Origin: Abditibacteriaceae bacterium
GTDB taxonomy: Bacteria; Armatimonadota; Abditibacteriia; Abditibacteriales; Abditibacteriaceae
NCBI GenBank assembly: GCA_031425655.1
Contig: JANPJS010000141.1
Location: 1 to 16,612 of the forward strand
Direction of reading: 5' to 3'
DNA: 16,612 bases
Shown: one piece after another, positions 9,357 through 16,612 of the stretch
How positions within the stretch are numbered: position 1 is the stretch's first letter
How the letters are laid out: every line of letters begins with the position of its first letter
Translations under genes and position numbers: made by a program
Notes under the pieces: generated by a model
Seen by the model: the letters and a program-made list of their open reading frames with translations, nothing else
The model's database searches: none
What the model was told of the DNA's origin: nothing

Positions 9357-9419
9357 TACGCTGACTTTTCTCGTCCACCCGTCAGCCAAACTTTAATCGC
9401 CAGCAGCATGAAGCGTGGG
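9356..9419 (-). repeat. Orphan copy of the 3' end of the WecB/TagA fusion gene (PRFMLLAIKVWLTGGREKSA*)
   Basis: 9378-9419 aligns to 10029-10070 at offset 651 with 5 mismatches in 42 nt (4 synonymous, 1 Val/Ile); the frame continues to TAA at 9356-9358. Confidence 0.9.
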
Positions 9420-9421
9420 TT

Positions 9422-9769
9422 TCAGACGCTTTCGTCTGGTCGCAGATATTTGCAAAGTTGGGCGAGTAGGCGACGATGACGTTCCGGCGCAATCGCGCCA
9501 ATGCGCCCGATAAAGCTGTTCCGCGGCAGAGCCGCAAGGAATGCGAGTCGAATAAGTGAAGCAGTCTTCAGGCCGCTACTGGGGTAATCCGCATGGCCCG
9601 GTGCGATGATTTCATCGAAATCCGCCACCGCGTGTTGGAGTTGGCTGCTGACGCCGCACACCAGAAAATCGCCGAAGGGCGGCATTCGGCGCAGGAGAAT
9701 CGCGGGCCGATTCTTGAGTCGCCCATCGGCCTGCGGCAGCGGCGTTAGCACGACATCGCCTTCGCTCAT
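9422..9769 (-). CDS. Type II toxin, PemK/MazF family
   Basis: GDVVLTPLPQADG..KNRPAILL, LVCGVSS, SGLKTASLIRL, IGAI signature; ATGA overlap with the upstream antitoxin. Confidence 0.85.
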   Translation of the reverse strand: MSEGDVVLTPLPQADGRLKNRPAILLRRMPPFGDFLVCGVSSQLQHAVADFDEIIAPGHADYPSSGLKTASLIRLAFLAALPRNSFIGRIGAIAPERHRRLLAQLCKYLRPDESV

Positions 9770-9981
9770 GGCGTTACGTCCGCGACGGAGTATTCCGGTT
9801 CATCGTCGCCATAAGCCCGCGCCAAACTCTGATTCGCCATTTGCAACCAATCGGCACGTTCGCTATCGGTGGCAGGCGGCAGAACGGTGACCATCAGTTG
9901 CGAGCCATTTGGAAGGTCGAACGGCTCGTCCAGTAAAATATGCTCGCCGTCATAGTGGGCTTGGAGAGTGATCGTGGGCAT
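9766..9981 (-). CDS. Putative antitoxin (AF2212/DUF104-like N-terminus)
   Basis: TLQAHYDGEHILLDEPFDLPNGSQLMVTVL with acidic tail AYGDDEPEYS; directly upstream of and coupled to the PemK-like toxin. Confidence 0.75.
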   Translation of the reverse strand: MPTITLQAHYDGEHILLDEPFDLPNGSQLMVTVLPPATDSERADWLQMANQSLARAYGDDEPEYSVADVTP

Positions 9982-9991
9982 GAACGTAAGT

Positions 9992-11926
9992 TTAGTTCGG
10001 TCGGCGCGAAGGCTCAACAGATTTGTCGCCCGTCAGCCAGACTTTAACCGCCAATAGCATAAAGCGTGGGACGTAGCCCATGCGTTTCCAGCGCGATGGG
10101 TCAATAAAGACGCGATAGAGCCATTCGAGTCCGATGCGCTGCACCCACTGCGGAGCGCGCTCGAACTTACCGGAATACACATCGAATGAGCCGCCAACGC
10201 CGATGCTGACCGGCACTTGCATTCGCTCTAATTGCGTCGCGATGAACTTTTCCTGCATCGGGATGCCGGTCGCCACGAAAAGCACGTCGGGCGCGGCGGC
10301 GCGCACGATGTCGGCCATGCGCGCGTCGGCTTCTTCGGAAGTGAGTCCTTCGGCTTTGGCATCGCGGCGCCAGAAGCCGTGATAGGTGCCGGCCACGCGC
10401 ATTCCCGGATATTTTTCGAGCAGGTTGGCGGCGGCGATTTCGGCCACGCCCGGCTCGCCGTTTTCGCCCGGTTCGCTGCCGAGAATGTAAATCGAAAAAT
10501 TATTATTCGCCGCCAAATCGCAAATGCCCGTTACCATGTCTACGCCGGTCACGCGCTCGTAAATCGGATAACCCAGCAGTCGCGCGCCCCAGATGACGCC
10601 GTAACCGTCGGGCGTGGCCATCGCGGCGCGTTTCACGATGGAGGCGTATTCCGGGTCTTCTCTGGCGCGTAGAATCGCGTTGGCGTCGGTGGTGACGACG
10701 TGATGCGGCGTGCGCGATTGAATAAATTCGCCGATTTTTGCAAGGGCTTCGTCCATCGTCACGGCGGAGATTTTCACGCCGAAGGCTTCGATGGATTCGG
10801 GAATCGCTTCGCCGGGAGTGCGATTCATCAAAACGCGCGCGATGGAAAAGAACAGCAAAAACCCGCCCGCACCGATAAAAAGCACGGCCAAAAGACGCAC
10901 GACGTTTGCTCCCACGCCGCCGCCCAGCGTCAGGCGCGACAGCAAGTAGCCTAAAACGCCCAGCCAAAGCGCGACAGCAATGTAAAGCAGCGCGACTTTG
11001 GTCGGCGAAAAGCCGCGCCGCATTAATCCTTCGTGCAAACGCAGCGTGCCGTTTTCGGTTGGCGACTTCACACGATAAAACAGGATGTCGAGCAGCGGCA
11101 AAGCCAGCACCAAAAAAATCAGCGCGGCGGCGGTTTGCCATGTGTAATCGGCGAGACCGAAAACCACGGTTTGCGCCAGCAAAAAGCCCATCGCCAGACT
11201 CGCCGACCAGCCGAGATTGAACGCCGGTTTTTTCATGGCAACCGGCACCGTCGCCAGCCCGGCGCCGGCTAAAGCTGCGCCTGCCGCGTAGGGAAAAAAT
11301 GAAATCATCGTGCCCGCGCGGTGCAACAGCAGCAAAACCAGCAGCGCCACGACGCCGAGATAGCCGCCCGTCGCTTGCGGCACGCGATTGAGCGCCGCCG
11401 TCAAGCGCGCGATGGCCCACATCCAAAAGAGCGATAGCACCAGTCCCACCGCCGAAAGCCCGAAAAACGGCCCGCCCGGCGGCGATTGATCGTAAGCGCG
11501 GCGCACATCGGCGAAAATCGCCAGTGAGGCCAATGATGCAGCCACCACGAAAATATCGGCCAGCCAAACCGGCAGTTTTTGCTTGCCGCGAAGCGCCGAA
11601 AGCGCGTAAATCGCTCCAGCCCAGAGCAGCAAGAGACCATCGGCAGGAAAACCCCGTCGCGTCGGGAGGCTAACGTCGAGGCTCGTGCCCGGCGTCGTCG
11701 AAGCATCCGGCGCGCTTGCAATTGTCGTCATTGGCGCGTTCAGCACCGGCTCGTCGAGGCGCTGCAAGGTGTCAAGCGTCCAGCCGCCGAACGTCGCCAG
11801 CAGAACGGCCAGCACGAAGATCAAACCGAACGGGCGCGGCCAGTCGGGACGATGAAAACGCGCGGCCACACCGGCGCCGAAGAACATAACGGCGGCGGCA
11901 AAGAGAAAAATGAAAAATGAGATCAT
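9992..11926 (-). CDS. Fusion of a degenerate MraY/WecA-like membrane domain to a WecB/TagA/CpsF glycosyltransferase
   Basis: C-terminal PDGYGVIWGARLLG, ERVTGVDM, VAGTYHGF, PDVLFVATGIPMQEKF, IGVGGSFDV, RAPQWVQRIGLEWLYR. The N-terminal region has many hydrophobic segments and WecA-like remnants. Start placed at MISFF (11926) because the upstream frame runs through palindromes. Confidence 0.85.
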   Translation of the reverse strand: MISFFIFLFAAAVMFFGAGVAARFHRPDWPRPFGLIFVLAVLLATFGGWTLDTLQRLDEPVLNAPMTTIASAPDASTTPGTSLDVSLPTRRGFPADGLLLLWAGAIYALSALRGKQKLPVWLADIFVVAASLASLAIFADVRRAYDQSPPGGPFFGLSAVGLVLSLFWMWAIARLTAALNRVPQATGGYLGVVALLVLLLLHRAGTMISFFPYAAGAALAGAGLATVPVAMKKPAFNLGWSASLAMGFLLAQTVVFGLADYTWQTAAALIFLVLALPLLDILFYRVKSPTENGTLRLHEGLMRRGFSPTKVALLYIAVALWLGVLGYLLSRLTLGGGVGANVVRLLAVLFIGAGGFLLFFSIARVLMNRTPGEAIPESIEAFGVKISAVTMDEALAKIGEFIQSRTPHHVVTTDANAILRAREDPEYASIVKRAAMATPDGYGVIWGARLLGYPIYERVTGVDMVTGICDLAANNNFSIYILGSEPGENGEPGVAEIAAANLLEKYPGMRVAGTYHGFWRRDAKAEGLTSEEADARMADIVRAAAPDVLFVATGIPMQEKFIATQLERMQVPVSIGVGGSFDVYSGKFERAPQWVQRIGLEWLYRVFIDPSRWKRMGYVPRFMLLAVKVWLTGDKSVEPSRRPN

Positions 11927-11932
11927 ATTAGG

Positions 11933-11956
11933 AGGGCACGCCGTAGCGTGCCCTAC
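11933..11956 (-). repeat. GTAG-type REP-like palindrome, copy 2
   Basis: Minus strand GTAGGGCACGCTACGGCGTGCCCT, with perfect stem AGGGCACGC/GCGTGCCCT. Confidence 0.7.
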
Positions 11957-11969
11957 AAAATATAACAGC

Positions 11970-12121
11970 CCGCCACGAAAGTGACGGCCTGAGTCGCCCG
12001 GCCATAAATGACCGGGCTGCCTACCAAGCCCCTGCGGGACTGAGAGAATGCCTGCGATGAGCCTCGCAGAGGCTTGGTATTTCAGCCCGGCACCACCCAA
12101 AGGGTTCCCGGATCGCCGGGT
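11970..12121. other. Highly structured intergenic element (REPIN-like or leader RNA)
   Basis: Hairpins at 11970-11987 and 11997-12016; long stem 12012-12038 pairing with 12063-12090; further pairing of 12085-12091 with 12115-12121. Confidence 0.5.
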
Positions 12122-12140
12122 GGCAGAATTGAACGGTTTT

Positions 12141-12806
12141 TTACTGCGTAGAAAAAGTGTGCGGCGCGCCGGGCGCGCTGGAAATGGCATCGGGCCGCAA
12201 CCGCGCAGCGTGTCCGTCTGCGAACAAGTAATTCGCGCCGCCCAAATGGCGATAACACGGCGATGTGTAATCGCTGAGCCACTGCGGCGGCAGCGAGGTT
12301 TTGCTGTAAGTGCCGTCGGCGACTTCGCGCCCATCGTTGCCGTCGCCGCACATTAACGTGGCGGCGGGTCGCTTCAATTTTGCCAGCGGAAATGCCGAGA
12401 GATTGCCGTTGAGCCAAAAGCTGTTGCCTCTGGGGGATATTGGGTCCGTCACACTTAACGAGGCAGGACAGTTGAATACGGACATATTTTTTGTATAGGC
12501 ATAAGTGGCGTCCTCCCAGCCAACCGGCGGATTCAGATTCCAAGTCATCGTAGGCGCTGCGGGCCGCACACCGCCGATTTTCGCGGGCGGAAATTTGTCG
12601 TTGTAATCCCGTGAATACTGGATTAGGCCTAAGCCGAGTTGCTTGAGACTGTTTTGACACGAACTCATGCGGGCTTGTCCGCGCGGCGAAAGAAAGTGCC
12701 AACGCCACGACAAAGGCTCGCCCGCCAGCCAAATCATCGCAATCAGCGACAGCAAAGGCGTGGCGAACAATGCCCATTCCCAGCCGGTCAATTTGCGGCG
12801 TTTCAT
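12141..12806 (-). CDS. DUF1559 / prepilin-associated H-X9-DG domain protein
   Basis: ARMSSCQNSLKQLGLGLIQYSRDY, VFNCPA and C-terminal HLGGANYLFADGH; N-terminal basic plus hydrophobic segment; start MKRRK at 12806. Confidence 0.88.
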   Translation of the reverse strand: MKRRKLTGWEWALFATPLLSLIAMIWLAGEPLSWRWHFLSPRGQARMSSCQNSLKQLGLGLIQYSRDYNDKFPPAKIGGVRPAAPTMTWNLNPPVGWEDATYAYTKNMSVFNCPASLSVTDPISPRGNSFWLNGNLSAFPLAKLKRPAATLMCGDGNDGREVADGTYSKTSLPPQWLSDYTSPCYRHLGGANYLFADGHAARLRPDAISSAPGAPHTFSTQ

Positions 12807-12818
12807 GCAGCGGATTTT

Positions 12819-12869
12819 AACGCAAACAAAACAGCGCACGGAAATTCCGTGCGCTGTTTTGTTTGTGTT
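12819..12869. terminator. Duplicated ahcY terminator hairpin
   Basis: AACGCAAACAAAACAGCGCACGG-AAATT-CCGTGCGCTGTTTTGTTTGTGTT. Confidence 0.8.
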
Positions 12870-12928
12870 TGCGTATCAATAACGATACGTCTCGGCTTTA
12901 TACGGGCCTTCGACCGGCACGCCGATGT
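12819..12928 (-). repeat. Orphan direct-repeat copy of the ahcY 3' end ([16 protein letters not shown]) plus its terminator
   Basis: Aligns to 13870-13980 with one synonymous change (GAG/GAA), one non-coding substitution and one 1-nt indel in an A run. Confidence 0.97.
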
Positions 12929-13074
12929 GAGTTGCGGCGTTGAGGTAGAAGGCAACCTCATACGTGCGATATTACGTCACGCCTTTGCGGGCGGAAAAGA
13001 TTGTTTGGTGGCTGCGCAGTTTTCCGAGGCCGCCGGCGCATTTTCACATAAACTGATGCCAAAGGATGAAGTTC

Positions 13075-13341
13075 ATGAGCGTCATAAATCTGAATTTGGA
13101 AGACGATTTAACGGCATTACTCCATGAATCGAATCAACCGATTCAAAAAACTGTGCGTGAATTCGTTGTTTTAGAGCTTTACCGGCGTGGAGCCATCTCC
13201 AGCGGCAAAGCAGCCCAATCGCTTGATATGTCGCGCTGGGATTTTATTCGCTACGCTTCTCGTTTGGGCGTGGCGTTCTTTGATATGACCAGCGATGAGT
13301 GGCAAAGCGAGAAAACTCAAATCGAATCGTTATGCCTGTAA
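13075..13341 (+). CDS. UPF0175 family antitoxin
   Basis: VLELYRRGAISSGKAAQSLDMSRWDFI....LGV signature; overlaps the downstream DUF3368 gene. Confidence 0.88.
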   Translation: MSVINLNLEDDLTALLHESNQPIQKTVREFVVLELYRRGAISSGKAAQSLDMSRWDFIRYASRLGVAFFDMTSDEWQSEKTQIESLCL

Positions 13342-13802
13342 ATTCAGTAGTTTGCAATTCAAGCCCGCTCATTGGCTTGGAGCAAATCGGGCAATTAAGC
13401 CTTCTCAAGGCACTGTTCGGCACGATTATAGTTCCGCCGGCTGTTGTTCAAGAAGTCGCGTCAAGCGTCACTTTGCCGGAGTGGATAGAACAGCGAACTT
13501 TGGTTCAGAGCATTGGGCCTTTCATTATGAAGGCGTCACTCGGTCAAGGTGAAAGCGAAGCGATTAGCCTTTCTGTTGAATCAAATGCCCGCTTAATTAT
13601 TTTGGATGACCGTCCTGCTCGTCGCTTGGCGCAGTCTTTGAGTGTGCCCGTCATTGGAACACTTGGGATTCTCGTATTCGCGAAGAAAAAGAATCTGATT
13701 CCGGCAGTGAAGCCCTGTTTGGAAGCGTTATCACGGTTTGACTTTCGCATTGCTCCGATTCTCTACGAGCAAATTCTCAAAGATGCTGACGAAAGCCCGT
13801 GA
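13332..13802 (+). CDS. DUF3368 PIN-domain protein (putative toxin)
   Basis: VVCNSSPLIGL, IIVPPAVVQE, LGQGESEAI, IILDDRPARRLA, VIGTLGIL motifs. Confidence 0.9.
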   Translation: MPVNSVVCNSSPLIGLEQIGQLSLLKALFGTIIVPPAVVQEVASSVTLPEWIEQRTLVQSIGPFIMKASLGQGESEAISLSVESNARLIILDDRPARRLAQSLSVPVIGTLGILVFAKKKNLIPAVKPCLEALSRFDFRIAPILYEQILKDADESP

Positions 13803-13869
13803 CCGAATGTGACCAACAGCCAGCGAAAAAGGTGCTACCTCCGACTGCTTCCAGTTTGGTCGTTATATC

Positions 13870-13921
13870 AACGCAAACAAAAACAGCGCACGGAAATTCC
13901 GTGCGCTGTTTTGTTTGCGTT
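13870..13921. terminator. Bidirectional intrinsic terminator between ahcY and the convergent TA operon
   Basis: AACGCAAACAAAAACAGCGCACGG-AAATT-CCGTGCGCTGTTTTGTTTGCGTT immediately after the ahcY stop. Confidence 0.85.
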
Positions 13922-13927
13922 TGCGTA

Positions 13928-15355
<1,428 letters not shown>

Positions 15356-15373
15356 TTCGTTCCTCCAGCGAAG

Positions 15374-15416
15374 ATTATATCGCATATCAACGAATCATGA
15401 TAGATTGATATATAAT
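15374..15416. promoter_or_regulatory. Divergent -10 elements and candidate SahR operator(s)
   Basis: TATAAT on the minus strand at 15374-15379 and on the plus strand at 15411-15416. Between them are two overlapping ATCA-N8-TGAT palindromes (15384-15403, 15392-15411). Confidence 0.55.
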
Positions 15417-15425
15417 ATTTTTAAA

Positions 15426-15523
15426 TTTCAATAAACCACGGATGGACGCGGATAAACACGGATTTTATTTGGATTGATCGGCAAAAATCCGTGTTGATCC
15501 GTGAAATCCGTGGTTTATTGAAA
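15426..15523. repeat. Intergenic inverted repeat built of CACGGAT units
   Basis: tttcaataaaccacggat (15426-15443) pairs perfectly with atccgtggtttattgaaa (15506-15523); inner arms aacacggatttt/aaaatccgtgtt. Confidence 0.85.
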
Positions 15524-15533
15524 AAGGTGCGCG

Positions 15534-16457
15534 ATGGAATTATTAAAAGCGTTGCGATTACTCGGCGATGAAGGCCGCGTGCGGATTTTGCGCCTGCTCG
15601 ACAAAGAAGAATTGAGTGTTGCGGAATTGCAGGAGATTCTCGGCATGGGCCAGAGCCGCATTTCGATGCAGCTTTCGCAGCTCAAGCAGTCCGGGTTCGT
15701 GGATATGCGCCGCGTCGGGCAAAAAAGCCTTTATCGCGTGACGGCGCCGCCGGGCGCGCAAATCGTGTTGGCCGAAGTGCTGGCAAATTGCGCGGGTGAA
15801 ATCGCGCAGTCGGCGCACGACGACGAAGGTTTGCAACTCATTTTGAGCCGCCGAAAAGACAATCTGCGCTCGCATTTCGACGAATTGGCGGGTCGTTTTG
15901 GCCGCGATTATGTGCCGGGCCGCAGTTGGAAGGCGCTTTCCGAAGTGCTTTTGCGCCTTTTGCCGCCGCTTGTTATCGCCGATTTGGGCGCTGGCGAAGG
16001 CACATTGGCGCTGCTTTTAGCGCAGCGCGCCGAGCGCGTTATCGCGGTAGATAGCTCGGAAAAAATGGTCGAATACGGACGCGGATTGGCGGCGCGCAAC
16101 GATGTCGAAAATCTCGATTATCGTCAGGGCGATTTGGAAGATTTGCCGATTGCCGCTGGCGAAGTGGATTTAGTTTTGATGCACCAAACGCTGCATCACG
16201 CGCTGCATCCGCGCAAAGCCATCGAAGAAGCGTGGCGCGTTCTAAAACCCGGCGGCAATATCGTAATTCTCGATTTGCTCAAGCACGAATTCGAGCCGGC
16301 GCGCGAACTTTACGCCGACGTGTGGCTGGGTTTTTCTCAAGTCGAACTGCTGGAATTGCTGCGCGGAGCGAACTTCCAGAATGCCGAAGTCGCCATCACC
16401 GACCGCGAAAGCGAAGCGCCGCATTTCCAAAGTGTCATGGCTTTTGCAAAGAAATAG
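15534..16457 (+). CDS. sahR: ArsR-family HTH regulator fused to a SAM-dependent methyltransferase-like domain (SahR type)
   Basis: N-terminal RVRILRLL..EELSVAELQEILGMGQSRISMQLSQLK; C-terminal IADLGAGEG, AVDSSEKM, GDLEDLP, RVLKPGG; divergent from ahcY. Confidence 0.8.
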   Translation: MELLKALRLLGDEGRVRILRLLDKEELSVAELQEILGMGQSRISMQLSQLKQSGFVDMRRVGQKSLYRVTAPPGAQIVLAEVLANCAGEIAQSAHDDEGLQLILSRRKDNLRSHFDELAGRFGRDYVPGRSWKALSEVLLRLLPPLVIADLGAGEGTLALLLAQRAERVIAVDSSEKMVEYGRGLAARNDVENLDYRQGDLEDLPIAAGEVDLVLMHQTLHHALHPRKAIEEAWRVLKPGGNIVILDLLKHEFEPARELYADVWLGFSQVELLELLRGANFQNAEVAITDRESEAPHFQSVMAFAKK

Positions 16458-16612
16458 TGGATTAAACACAAAGGACACAAAAGATTGCACAAAGAACACA
16501 AAAAGTGCTTTTTAAACGGCTATTTACTACGGTCTTTTGTGTTCTTTGTGGAATCTTTTGTGTCCTTTGTGTGTAATCCACTATTTCTTTGCAAAAGCCA
16601 TGACACTTTGGA
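16426..16612. repeat. Long inverted repeat (ACACAAAG units) whose arm extends into the last codons of sahR; truncated by the window end
   Basis: 16426-16503 is the reverse complement of about 16535-16612, with mismatches at 16465 and 16487. Confidence 0.85.

Noticed and set aside
11927..12334. 136 aa N-terminal extension of the wecB fusion in the ORF track
   Set aside because: Runs through palindromic intergenic DNA and overlaps the DUF1559 gene; composition is not protein-like
15356..15533. SAH or SAM riboswitch upstream of ahcY
   Set aside because: No recognisable aptamer; the predicted leader is very short and the region is explained by promoters, operator-like palindromes and an inverted repeat

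Overview
Bacterial window. The gene set (DUF1501, PSD1/planctomycete cytochrome c, DUF1559 H-X9-DG) suggests Armatimonadota/Abditibacteriota or a PVC-like lineage, which is an inference. Core genes are rplL, a PSD1-DUF1501 pair, a secreted nucleoside hydrolase-family gene, a WecA-like/WecB-TagA fusion, a DUF1559 gene, and ahcY divergent from a SahR-type ArsR-methyltransferase regulator. Short accessory ORFs lie between them, including two type II toxin-antitoxin pairs. The most striking pattern occurs three times. A 0.65-1.05 kb cargo block sits directly behind a conserved gene and is followed by a second, slightly diverged copy of that gene's 3' coding end: DUF1501 (2681-2754 vs 1637-1710), the WecB fusion (10029-10070 vs 9378-9419) and ahcY plus its terminator (13870-13980 vs 12819-12928). 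No integrase, transposase or attC site is visible. Differences between copies are mostly synonymous, and in two cases the orphan tail starts 0-2 nt after the cargo stop codon. This points to repeated cassette capture at gene 3' ends. Many intergenic regions also hold palindromes built from short tandem repeats or GTAG-type REP-like hairpins.
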